A DNA stretch of 64,000 bases from Methylococcales bacterium (GTDB lineage Bacteria; Pseudomonadota; Gammaproteobacteria; Methylococcales; Methylomonadaceae): the NCBI GenBank assembly GCA_028712795.1, contig JAQTPT010000015.1, forward strand, positions 5,619 to 69,618, in the 5' to 3' direction. Positions 10,141 to 19,401 of this stretch are shown here, in pieces. Below the pieces are notes generated by a model, which was not told the origin of the DNA, did not search any database, and saw only the letters and a program-made list of their open reading frames with translations. Each line of letters begins with the position of its first letter. The stretch's first letter is position 1. The position numbers and the translations under genes were made by a program.

Positions 10141-11007
10141 CTACTCTTCCATGTTAGCCAGTTCTTCAACCAGCAACCGTACTTTATTTTGAATGATGCG
10201 GGTATTTTCAGGGCCCATGCGTATCATTTGTTTGCTTACCGGACTTAAGGTCTCTAGTTTTTTATCGGCGAATTTATAGAGTACCGATGGCCTTACTAAA
10301 GCAATCGGCTCTTTAATTGTCGGCGCTGCCAGAATTTCCGCAGCAGCCTTTAATAAAATATCTTTCAGCTGATGTTCTGGGGGATAGCTAAACTCGGCAA
10401 AAACTTGCTGAAATAACGGTCTGAAATTTTTATATATCGCCAAGCTTGATTGTACATCCATTGCATTAATTGCAGCAGCCAGCCCATCATAACGCTGATA
10501 ACTTTTATGGGAAATAAACATGCCGTTATCAGTCTCCTCGACAGTAAACGGTTGGTCCGGTTTAAGAAAGCGCATGTGCTTTTCCAGCCATAATCCCTGG
10601 GAAAAATCATTCGCAATTAAAACATATTTCCTGATCAACTGGCTTGTATTCAGCCACGGAACAAGTCCTGGAGAAACCCTGATTATTGCCTCCCGGAATG
10701 GCCCGTCGCTACTACGAAGCTCCGGGAGAACAAACTGCTGGTTTTGCAGAGCTTGTGCATCATCATTCACAGCTTCAATCTCAGGTGTCCAATTATTTAT
10801 CGATTCAGGTTCAAGTTCAGATTCATCGATGCTTATTTCGCTGGCAGGCGGGATGCTTAAATTTTTTGTTTCAGAGACTGCACCTTCTTCTTGTTTTAAG
10901 TTATCAAAATAAAACCAGCCACCACCCGCAAGGCCGATCAAAATAAGTGTTATAACTACAATTACTCCAACAGGTTTTTTATTTTCAGTTCGCTGATATC
11001 GTCCCAT
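10141..11007 (-). CDS. hypothetical N-terminally anchored protein (resembles the DUF3014 family)
   Basis: 288-aa ORF with a single N-terminal TM segment (VGVIVVITLILIGLAGGGWFYF). The family assignment is from memory only. Confidence 0.5.
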   Translation of the reverse strand: MGRYQRTENKKPVGVIVVITLILIGLAGGGWFYFDNLKQEEGAVSETKNLSIPPASEISIDESELEPESINNWTPEIEAVNDDAQALQNQQFVLPELRSSDGPFREAIIRVSPGLVPWLNTSQLIRKYVLIANDFSQGLWLEKHMRFLKPDQPFTVEETDNGMFISHKSYQRYDGLAAAINAMDVQSSLAIYKNFRPLFQQVFAEFSYPPEHQLKDILLKAAAEILAAPTIKEPIALVRPSVLYKFADKKLETLSPVSKQMIRMGPENTRIIQNKVRLLVEELANMEE

Positions 11008-11504
11008 AATTTTAAGCCCCCCCTTTTTATATTGTCTGTATTACTTAAGAATATTGTGACACAATTTTTTCGAATCCATGAACAAACAGTTTATGATGTA
11101 TTGTAACCCCTAATCAACCGCAACATGCGATTCTTCGGGGTAAAAATCGCGCATAAATTTTAATAATCATTGCAACATCAATGGAGTCAAAATCAAGACT
11201 TCGTTCGGAGAGGCTGGCTGACCTCCCATTTCTGGATGCTGATTTATATCCTTGACATTTTTGTAGCTTTTAGAAGGCAAATTTTCTGCCATGAATAACA
11301 TTAAACATCACACTGCGTAACTTTTTGTCTTCGTGATATTCTGTTATCCGGCAACCAGGGGGAAAGCCATTTTTAACAGTTGATTATGACAGCCTGGATG
11401 ATACCCAGTACAAATGATTCCGGCATTTTGGGAGGGCTCTAAAAGCAGGTTACGATTTGGGTTCAACATGGCTTTTCTGAGCGTAGCCGAATGACTCACC
11501 ACGA

Positions 11505-12212
11505 ATGCAAACTATTCTTCTGAGGTTCCTGAACATGATTCATGAAACCATTGCCTCATTACGAACAGCTATTAATCAGGCACATTTAGCTGATGAAAAT
11601 GAAATTATTGCTGAATTGTTAGCCAATCTGGGCGCTTATAATCCAGTGACAGTCAGTGACTGCGTTAAAACGCTGGTTAATGCAATCAGAGCTAAAATTG
11701 ATCAGCAATCGCCAGTAGAAGCTTTCATGCGCGAATATCAGCTCAATTCACAGGAAGGAATCGTGTTAATGGGCATAGTCGAAGCCTTGCTGCGCATTCC
11801 GGACAGCTTTACCCAAGATCTGTTTTTACGGGAAAAATTGACTCATGCTGACTGGCAAAATCATTTGCAGCGCAGCGACTCTTTTCTGGACAATCTATCC
11901 AGCCAGACCCTGTTATTGACCAGCAAATTCGAAGAACATGTGTTGTTATCAGAAAAGCACTGGTTTCCGGTTTTTGAAAAGTTACTATCGAAAATGCGCG
12001 CACCATTAATACGCGCTGCCTTAAAGCAGGTCATGCAATATCTGGCTGAGAAATTTGTTTTCGCGGGCTCGATTCAACACGCGATCCAGCGCAGCGGGCA
12101 GGTAACGGCATATCGATATTCTTTTGATATGCTGGCTGAAGCGGCTTTAACAGCAGATGATGCAGAGCGTTTTTACCAATCTTATCTTTCGGCAATTCGT
12201 GAAACCGGGTAA
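11505..12212 (+). pseudogene. putA: truncated N-terminal remnant of proline dehydrogenase / P5C dehydrogenase PutA
   Basis: FMREYQLNSQEGIVLMGIVEALLRIPD and SFDMLAEAALTADDAERFYQSYLSAI match the PutA arm/alpha-domain and the start of the PRODH barrel. The ORF stops after 235 aa, whereas full-length PutA exceeds 1000 aa. Confidence 0.6.
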
Positions 12213-12225
12213 AGATCAAACCACC

Positions 12226-13128
12226 ATGAAAGTATTATTCCCTTTGATAACCCTCGCTTTGCTGACCGGATGCGGTAGCCTGACGCTTACGCTAAAGCCT
12301 GTGCAAGAATTCTATTCTGATTTGCATAAATCAAAAGTCGTCGAAATATTTTCAGCTGGCAAGGCCAATACTTCAAAACTTAACACTTCGGTGCATGTGG
12401 ATACCTTGCCGCCAAAGCCGACGACAGACGTCTCCGAAAGCACAAGAAAACAGTTAGCAACTTCAACAGTCGCGCCGAAGACGCCACTTAATCCAGATCT
12501 GTTTTCCCCGTCCAAGATTCTCAAAGTCGGCTCACGAGGCGAGGATGTCCTGGCGCTGGAAAAACGGCTTACGGAGCTTCGTTATGACGTGGGTGCCGTC
12601 GACGGTTTTTACGACCAGCAGACGTGGCAGGGCGTTGTGGCGTTCCAGAAGTACGCCAGGCTGAAACGGACCGGCACGTATAACTTGGAAACACAGAAAG
12701 CTTTGCACGAGTCAAAGCTTCCGGAAGGGCTCCATCCCGAATTGGGTTTTCCTCGCATAGAGATAGATCTTACGCGGCAGGTGCTACTGTTTTTTGATGA
12801 GCAAGGGCTCAACCGCGTTATCGCGGTGTCAACGGGCTCAAATCGCAAGTATTGCGAAACATCGAAAAAATCAGGTGCACAGATTTGCGGTGTGGCCCAC
12901 ACGCCACGGGGCAAGTTTCGCATTCAATGGAGAATTTCCGGTTGGCGCGAAAGCGATCTCGGTAAGCTTTATAACCCCTTGTACTTCGATGGCGGATTTG
13001 CAATTCATGGCTCGCCTTTGGTTCCGTCCTACAACGTGTCCCACGGTTGCGTCCGAATATCCATAGAAACGTCAATATGGTTTTATGACGCTATCAAAAA
13101 CAATACGCCGGTCATTGTGTTTGACTGA
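12226..13128 (+). CDS. L,D-transpeptidase lipoprotein with PG_binding_1 domain
   Basis: Lipobox LALLTGC. Peptidoglycan-binding repeat GEDVLALEKRLTELRYDVGAVDGFYDQQTWQGVVAFQK. YkuD catalytic motif SHGCVRI. The ATG at 12226 avoids overlap with the putA remnant. Confidence 0.8.
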   Translation: MKVLFPLITLALLTGCGSLTLTLKPVQEFYSDLHKSKVVEIFSAGKANTSKLNTSVHVDTLPPKPTTDVSESTRKQLATSTVAPKTPLNPDLFSPSKILKVGSRGEDVLALEKRLTELRYDVGAVDGFYDQQTWQGVVAFQKYARLKRTGTYNLETQKALHESKLPEGLHPELGFPRIEIDLTRQVLLFFDEQGLNRVIAVSTGSNRKYCETSKKSGAQICGVAHTPRGKFRIQWRISGWRESDLGKLYNPLYFDGGFAIHGSPLVPSYNVSHGCVRISIETSIWFYDAIKNNTPVIVFD

Positions 13129-13230
13129 TTTGTGGATAGCCCTGTATAAATCAATTCAGGTTGATAAATATCAACTTCATGTCGGATTTGCTATTGATGG
13201 TTTCTTTAAATATTTTCCGGGGTTATCGTT

Positions 13231-14586
13231 CTAATTCCCGGATATTGAAAGAGGCTTTAACGGCTCGACATCGATTTCAAAATCCATGCGGATGCGTTTT
13301 GCGATAGCATTCACTTCTTTTTTGTTTTTAAAAGGCCCTGCGATAACTTGATAAGCATTGTTTTTTTTAATTTTACGAGCAGGAATAATTGGCCCCTGAT
13401 GGTTGAGCATAGTCGTAAGTTCTTGCGCTTCTAACTCGCTATCGAAGCTAGCCACCAAAATCGACCAGTCGCTGTCTTTTAATTCGCCAACAACCGGTTG
13501 TTGATAGAGTTTTTCAGGATGCTCAAGCTGCACTGCGTTTGCCGCTATGTCTGTCACGTCTGGGCTTTGCTTAAGAATGGGTGTGGGAATGCCATCCGAT
13601 CGTTCAATAATGCTATCTACTTTCTCCCAATCAATAGCAACATTCCTTTTTGAGCTGACTTGACGTAATTGTTTCAATAGCTGTTTTTTTAGCCGGCCTT
13701 TATCCTGTGTCCATTTTTGCAGCGGTTCGTTGGCTTCAAGATACAACATGTCCTCATGCCAGGCCGTTAGATAAGGCTGGTGGACGATCCGTACAGGCAT
13801 TCCTAACGATGCATTCTTAAACAGTATTTCAATATCCTCCGGATAAAGCTGTACGCAACCATGGCTAATTTGCATACCAATGCCATAGGGTTTGTTAGTA
13901 CCGTGGATCAGGTAACGGGGAAATCCGAGGCGCATTGCATAGAGCCCCAGCGGATTGTTAGGGCCGGCGGCGACTACGCTGGGAAGAGAATCGCCTTTTT
14001 GCGCATGCTCTTGATGAATGGATGCGGGCACAACCCAGGTTGGATTGGCTTTTTTGGCAACGATGCTGGTTAATCCCATTGGCGTGCTCCAACCTTGCCG
14101 GCCAATACCGACCGGATAAGTGAACACCTTGCCCGGCGGCTGTTTGGGATAGTAAAACAGCCGCATATTGGCCAGGTTCAAAATAATACCTTTATGGGGA
14201 GCGTCGGGAAGAATAAATTGTAAAGGCAATAATACGCGACTATCAGGCGCTGGCGTCCAGGGGGCAATAGCAGGATTGGCTTTGCTAATATCGTTATAGC
14301 CTAACCCAAAATGCCGGGCTATATCGGACAATGTGTCATTTTCACGCGTGTATACAGCAGCAATCTTGCCAACCATAGCTTGATCGTCGGATATTTGAAA
14401 TTCATGAGTTTCTATGGTTGTCGCTTTAGTTTTGGCTTCCGGCCGTAATTCAGGCGTTGCTACGTTTTCAGTTGCATCTGGAAAAAATTTCAGATGCTGA
14501 CATCCGCTGGTTAAGATACTAAGTAGTATCACTCCTAACAATTGGATAAATGGTGATGTTGATTTGTTATAGTCTGACATGTTCAT
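13231..14586 (-). CDS. L,D-transpeptidase with LysM and C-terminal SPOR-like domains (ErfK/YbiS/YcfS-like)
   Basis: Lipobox LTSGC, LysM segment (DTLSDIARHFGLGYNDISKANP), and YkuD motif HGTN...SHGCVQL. The C-terminal ~80 aa are SPOR-like (AYQVIAGPFKNKKEVNAIAKRI). Confidence 0.8.
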   Translation of the reverse strand: MNMSDYNKSTSPFIQLLGVILLSILTSGCQHLKFFPDATENVATPELRPEAKTKATTIETHEFQISDDQAMVGKIAAVYTRENDTLSDIARHFGLGYNDISKANPAIAPWTPAPDSRVLLPLQFILPDAPHKGIILNLANMRLFYYPKQPPGKVFTYPVGIGRQGWSTPMGLTSIVAKKANPTWVVPASIHQEHAQKGDSLPSVVAAGPNNPLGLYAMRLGFPRYLIHGTNKPYGIGMQISHGCVQLYPEDIEILFKNASLGMPVRIVHQPYLTAWHEDMLYLEANEPLQKWTQDKGRLKKQLLKQLRQVSSKRNVAIDWEKVDSIIERSDGIPTPILKQSPDVTDIAANAVQLEHPEKLYQQPVVGELKDSDWSILVASFDSELEAQELTTMLNHQGPIIPARKIKKNNAYQVIAGPFKNKKEVNAIAKRIRMDFEIDVEPLKPLSISGN

Positions 14587-14715
14587 TTGAATTTTATCCA
14601 GTGTGCTTCCTGCGCAAGTCGTCGATATCGCTGTAAACCCCTATGGCGTTAAGCCCTTTTAACACAGTTAAACTTAATGGAAGATTAAGGGCTTGGCCGT
14701 TATTATCGAATAGGC

Positions 14716-14748
14716 CTAAAAATAGCCCGGCAGTTTTCCGCCGGGCTA
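14716..14748 (-). terminator. rho-independent terminator downstream of the lpp-like gene
   Basis: Perfect 9-bp stem TAGCCCGGC/GCCGGGCTA with an 8-nt loop, followed on the minus strand by TTTTTAGG. Confidence 0.65.
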
Positions 14749-14773
14749 CTTTCTACTCTCAAACAACAACGAT

Positions 14774-15052
14774 TTATTTCATCATTGATCTTTTGAATTT
14801 TTTGTTCAATTTAGCATTGGCATCTTCAGATAATTGAGCTGCCTCATTAGCCGCTGCTTTTGCGGCTTCTGCCTTAGCAGCCGCATCGGAAGCTGTGGTT
14901 TGTGCGCTGGCTGCATTTGCTGAAGCCTCTTTAACAGAAGTATTCAAGCCATTAACTTGCGACTGTAAATCTTCAACGTCTGACGTTGTTGCGCAAGCAG
15001 CAATCAGACTGAAGGTCAGAGCAATCATTGATAGTTTTATTACTTTTTTCAT
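14774..15052 (-). CDS. lpp: Lpp/OprI-family alanine-zipper outer-membrane lipoprotein
   Basis: 92 aa with lipobox LIAAC and a heptad Ala/Gln-rich coiled coil (DVEDLQSQVNGLNTSV...). It ends in a C-terminal Lys, as in Braun lipoprotein and OprI. Confidence 0.75.
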   Translation of the reverse strand: MKKVIKLSMIALTFSLIAACATTSDVEDLQSQVNGLNTSVKEASANAASAQTTASDAAAKAEAAKAAANEAAQLSEDANAKLNKKFKRSMMK

Positions 15053-15264
15053 ATTATTTTTTCCTTACTCAATATAATTACTGAAGTTTTCCAATTTTTA
15101 AAAAGCCCAACCTTGTTACATGTGGGGGCGCAGATAGTTAATGATGGGTTTGAGCAATTTATAGCAAATCCTACTTTACTACGTATTCCTATAGACGTCT
15201 CCGTCTGTATTCAGTTCACCTTGAAAAAATTCAAAACGCTTAACACAAATCTCCACGGCTGCGT

Positions 15265-15336
15265 AAAGATTACAGGAACAAGATGAGAGGAAACCTGTAG
15301 ATTTTATTAAAATTAAATGAAGAAAGAAATAATTTT
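15265..15336. repeat. 72-nt conserved intergenic element, copy A (partner at 28431..28502)
   Basis: In my hand alignment, 62 of 72 positions are identical to copy B. The core is CAAGATGAGAGGAAACCTG(T/C)AG(A/G)TTTTATTAA. Confidence 0.6.
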
Positions 15337-15544
15337 GGAGGATTCTCTCTGAGCTTGATCGCTCCGCGTGAACTAAAAGGTCACCTTCAGCCTAAATATA
15401 GAGTATTTCCCCATCAAGATCACGAAGAAAAAGCAGTGATTTATAATTTATCGCTAAGCGTGATGAGATAAATGTTTACCTAACAGGTAAATACTGAAAC
15501 ACTTATAGGCGTTCGAAAATATATGTCTGATTTTTTGGTTGTTT

Positions 15545-16480
15545 TCACGAATTTAGTTTTATGTGGCTGCGAAGCCAGTAAGTTTTATGTAGGCTGAAAC
15601 ATTTACGTATTGTCCTCGGTAATTGCTGATTCAGGGAGCCCAGTTTGTATCCATGCCATTTCAACCCAGTCCTCAGAATTGCGGAGGGAATCAAAAAAGG
15701 AGCCTGTTTCATCAGGTAACGCATTTCCGAAATCACAAAGCGCAAGCCCTCGCCGGATGCTCCGCCAAATGTCTGCTGTAGCCACGCCGTATGGGTATGG
15801 AAAACACCGATATCGAAGTAACGCTTAAATTCGTCCAGGAAACCGTAGTCATGAGAGTGGAAGACTTGGGCATCGGCACAATAAGCGATTTTCCAGCCGG
15901 ATACCAACATCTTTCCGGCCACATAGGTGTCTTCGTTCATGATGGTGTCGACGGGGAAGCCGCCTACCTGCATCAGTGTGTTTCGCCGATAGGCAGAAAA
16001 AGAATTGGATATAAACACCGTTTTGATACCAAAGCGTGTTCTATCTTCCAGGCTGCGCAGTTGGCTTCCTGCTGGATAATTAAAAAGACGGGCGTGGGCG
16101 GCAATTGGCCCGGCGTTCCGATGCGGAAGCTGGCGTCCGTAGGCCGCGCCGACTCGCTCATCATCGAACGCCGCTAACAGGCGTTCGATGGCATCGGGGT
16201 TGGCTAATAAGGCATCCTGAGTCAGGAGGACTATAATATCCACCGCCGACAGTATATTCACACCGAGTTGGCGAGTGCCGCCGTGATTAAACTCCGACTT
16301 GGGAATCACCTGTACATTAAAGCCTTGGGCCCGCGCCAAGGCCGCAGTGTCGTCGCTGGACGAAGAGTCGATCACCAAAAGGCAATCCGGTTTCCGTGTC
16401 TGTTGTTCGAAGGCTTTGAGCCAGGACTCCCACAAGCTGCCAGCGTTTAAAGTAGGGACGATAAGTCCGACCTTACTCAT
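15545..16480 (-). CDS. family 2 glycosyltransferase (rhamnosyltransferase-like)
   Basis: GT-A signature IVPTLNAG...LLVIDSSSSDDT and a DxD-like NED. The start overlaps the upstream gene stop by 8 nt. Confidence 0.8.
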   Translation of the reverse strand: MSKVGLIVPTLNAGSLWESWLKAFEQQTRKPDCLLVIDSSSSDDTAALARAQGFNVQVIPKSEFNHGGTRQLGVNILSAVDIIVLLTQDALLANPDAIERLLAAFDDERVGAAYGRQLPHRNAGPIAAHARLFNYPAGSQLRSLEDRTRFGIKTVFISNSFSAYRRNTLMQVGGFPVDTIMNEDTYVAGKMLVSGWKIAYCADAQVFHSHDYGFLDEFKRYFDIGVFHTHTAWLQQTFGGASGEGLRFVISEMRYLMKQAPFLIPSAILRTGLKWHGYKLGSLNQQLPRTIRKCFSLHKTYWLRSHIKLNS

Positions 16481-17678
16481 ACGAAGACTCCTCGGCCGGT
16501 TGTTGGGGCGGATTGGCTTGATCGCGACTCTTCAATACCTGCCAGACCTGTCCCCCAAGTTTGACGGGATCGAGCTGTTGTTCGACATACTGCCTACTAT
16601 TCCACGACATCCGTTCCCACTCCAAACCATCTCCCACTGATTGCGCTTTACGCAGCACTTCGCATACGGAAGCCTCGGTCCTATCGAAAACGAAGCCTGC
16701 CCCAACCGATTCCAGATGGTCCCATGCCAAGCCCCTGGCCACCAATACCGGGCGTCCTGCGGCCATGGCTTCGGCCACTACATTGCCAAAGTTTTCTCGC
16801 ATGCCGCCCGACTCCTCCAACCCTGAAGGCAACACCAGGAAATGACTGGATGCTAACAATTCCATCACTTCGCCGCGCTCCAGATAACCGCTATATGTGA
16901 TAGCTCCTTGGGCCTGTTCGACCAGCGCCTGAAACTCTTCGAAATAGCCCCCGTCCACGCTTCTGCCAGCAATCACCAGCCGGTCCGCAGGCTGCCGAAT
17001 TTTTAACCATGCTCTGATAAAGGCATTGATACCTTTTTCTTGTTGAATATGACCTAGAAAGCAGATCTTCATGCCTTCCCCGGCAGGATATTGGGTTACT
17101 GCAAAATCACGGCTGTCGATGCCGTTAGGAACCAGCAGTATACGAGCGTCTTCGCCGAGTACGTTGCGTACGCCTTCGGCCTCTGTTTCGCTGGTGCAAT
17201 GCACGGCGATAGCCCTGCGCAGGGTTGGAAAAGTCAGCCATCGATAGTACAGCCATTTGTGGGGTTTCTCACGCCGTATCAGATCAACATGTTCAGGCAT
17301 AAGCCCACCATGTACGGCTACCATGAACGGGCGACGCAGCAAGACGCAAAAAATAGCGGCAAGCGTAGACGGCCAGGTTGCAATACCATGGATATAAACC
17401 ACCGGCGCCCGCAAGCATAATATAAATATCATAGGGATCGCGCCTAGTCCAAAGCCCCAACGCCTGAACCCATAACAACGATAGAGCTTGACATCAACCT
17501 GCTCGCCAAGGCACACATTCTGGGGCCGCAGTCGGCCAGCAATCGACTCGTCAGAGGCGACCAACGCCATCTTATGCCCACGTTCTGCCCAGGCTTTGGT
17601 CAAGACACTGGCTGTGACGGACACACCGCCGTAACCTTTGGCTGGGGGTATATGCGTGGTGACAATACCTACATTCAT
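16473..17678 (-). CDS. family 4 (GT-B, GT1-type) glycosyltransferase
   Basis: 401 aa with an N-terminal GYGGVSV motif and C-terminal E-x7-E-like LPSGLEESGGMRENFGNVVAEAMAAGRPV. Confidence 0.8.
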   Translation of the reverse strand: MNVGIVTTHIPPAKGYGGVSVTASVLTKAWAERGHKMALVASDESIAGRLRPQNVCLGEQVDVKLYRCYGFRRWGFGLGAIPMIFILCLRAPVVYIHGIATWPSTLAAIFCVLLRRPFMVAVHGGLMPEHVDLIRREKPHKWLYYRWLTFPTLRRAIAVHCTSETEAEGVRNVLGEDARILLVPNGIDSRDFAVTQYPAGEGMKICFLGHIQQEKGINAFIRAWLKIRQPADRLVIAGRSVDGGYFEEFQALVEQAQGAITYSGYLERGEVMELLASSHFLVLPSGLEESGGMRENFGNVVAEAMAAGRPVLVARGLAWDHLESVGAGFVFDRTEASVCEVLRKAQSVGDGLEWERMSWNSRQYVEQQLDPVKLGGQVWQVLKSRDQANPPQQPAEESSYE

Positions 17679-17749
17679 GTCATTTCTCCTGAAATTGTCT
17701 GCGAATAAATAAAAACCCTAGTGATCAACGACTTTTCTCTCATCAAAAG

Positions 17750-18613
17750 TTACCTTCCATACTCCAGGAAACCACGCCAAATACCGACGAGGTTGTAAAA
17801 AGAATAAGCCAGCTTTTTCGGGTTCAATAAAACCAGAGCCAGCATCATTTTCAGGAGGGGGGCGACAAACATCTTGCGCACGATGTAGTACAGCATGAAC
17901 GTATCGTGCTGATTGGCAAATTTTCTGATGTAAGCTCCAACCCCCGTGGAATACATCAGCATTCTTCCGGTCCCCAGCTTGTAGTGATCTTTATCCGGGT
18001 GATAAATTTTTATTCCCGGAGTATAAAATGCGGTGTTGCCGATCCGAAGCAAACGATACAAAAGTTCAAAACCCTCGCCCCCGGAATATTTGGATCCGAT
18101 CCCGAAGTCGTGATCCAAATGAAATTGCTGCCGATCTATCCTGTTCAGATCAAAAAACTGCGTAAACTCTACCCCCATCATCTGGAAGCGTGAAAAATAT
18201 TGGGCTTTGCGACTGTTTACACCTATGCTAAACCGGCTGGATGAAAAGTCATACGATCCTGCTACCAAAATGGAGAGGTTTTCGCGTCCAGCAAACTCAG
18301 CGACTACTTTTCTTAGGACATCCCTATCATAAGCACAATCGTCATCGGGGAATGCAAGGATTCTGCCTTGAGCCAAGCCTATGCCGTAGTCTCTGGCTCT
18401 GGCATTACCCACAAAATCAACTTTCACATGCTTCACATCAAGGCACTCCTTGTAAAACTCGACGATGGCATCAATTTTACCGTCCTTATTTTGATCGATG
18501 ATGATCAACTCAAAATCTTTATAGGTTTGGTTTATTAGAGACTTCAAAAAATCAACCACTTCCCGGTCTCTTCCCAACGTTGCTAAAACCAACGAAAATT
18601 TCATATTAATCAC
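17750..18613 (-). CDS. family 2 glycosyltransferase
   Basis: FSLVLATLGR...ELIIIDQNKD and FPDDDCAY (DxD) motifs. Confidence 0.75.
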   Translation of the reverse strand: MINMKFSLVLATLGRDREVVDFLKSLINQTYKDFELIIIDQNKDGKIDAIVEFYKECLDVKHVKVDFVGNARARDYGIGLAQGRILAFPDDDCAYDRDVLRKVVAEFAGRENLSILVAGSYDFSSSRFSIGVNSRKAQYFSRFQMMGVEFTQFFDLNRIDRQQFHLDHDFGIGSKYSGGEGFELLYRLLRIGNTAFYTPGIKIYHPDKDHYKLGTGRMLMYSTGVGAYIRKFANQHDTFMLYYIVRKMFVAPLLKMMLALVLLNPKKLAYSFYNLVGIWRGFLEYGR

Positions 18614-19392
18614 CTTGCCTGAATACCGGCTTTTGCCTGTACATAGATTGTTGCCTCATACCAGGTAAACATCAGCGCAAACTCCAGGCCGGCAAATCCA
18701 TCCAAAAAGCCACCCCGAAATACGTAGTGGTATAAAAAACGGGCAAGAATCCTGAGCCAGGATCGTCCCAATAAAACACTTAAGCGTCCTCGCTTGGTCA
18801 TCACAGCATCCGCCGGAGGCTGAAGCTGCACCTCTTGCGCTGCCTTATCGACATGTTTATGCATCCATTCAATGATCTCGCCATGATAAAAATAGTGTTG
18901 ATATGGGATATCGGAATATCCGATCCGGCACGTATTAATAACAGCTTCGCCATGCCCGGTATGGTTGCGGACAAAGCTGGCCGTTTCCCGGCTCACCAGT
19001 CTTGGGTGATAAATGGGATAGCCGGGAGCGTGGTTCAGGCGTTTGCCGCGAAGATAAAGTATCGACGGCACCATCACCACATCAATCGAACCGGCGCCCA
19101 CCATCCCGGATTCAAACCAGTCGTAAAACGACTGAGGGTATATTTCGTCAGCATCGACGAACAATATCCAGGGTGTGCTTATATCGCATTGTTTTATGGC
19201 AAAATTGCGTTGCTCGGCAAAGCCGGGCCATGGATTGATATAAATCCTGCAATCCCGGCTTTTGGCTATGGCAACAGTATTATCGGTACTTCCCGAGTCC
19301 ACAATTACAATAGGATAGCGTTGAGGAATCGCCGCCAGGCAACCCGGCAGGTTGTCTTGCTCGTTTTTGGTCAAAATAACAACAGTTAACAT
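18610..19392 (-). CDS. family 2 glycosyltransferase
   Basis: VVILTKNEQDNL...IVIVDSGSTDNT and FVDADE motifs. It overlaps the downstream gene by 4 nt. Confidence 0.8.
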   Translation of the reverse strand: MLTVVILTKNEQDNLPGCLAAIPQRYPIVIVDSGSTDNTVAIAKSRDCRIYINPWPGFAEQRNFAIKQCDISTPWILFVDADEIYPQSFYDWFESGMVGAGSIDVVMVPSILYLRGKRLNHAPGYPIYHPRLVSRETASFVRNHTGHGEAVINTCRIGYSDIPYQHYFYHGEIIEWMHKHVDKAAQEVQLQPPADAVMTKRGRLSVLLGRSWLRILARFLYHYVFRGGFLDGFAGLEFALMFTWYEATIYVQAKAGIQAR

Positions 19393-19401
19393 GTGATTTG
19401 C

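Noticed and set aside
12157-12225. Upstream extension of the first L,D-transpeptidase ORF overlapping the putA remnant
   Set aside because: The lipoprotein signal peptide (MKVLFPLITLALLTGC) starts at the internal ATG at 12226. The extension would bury the signal peptide.
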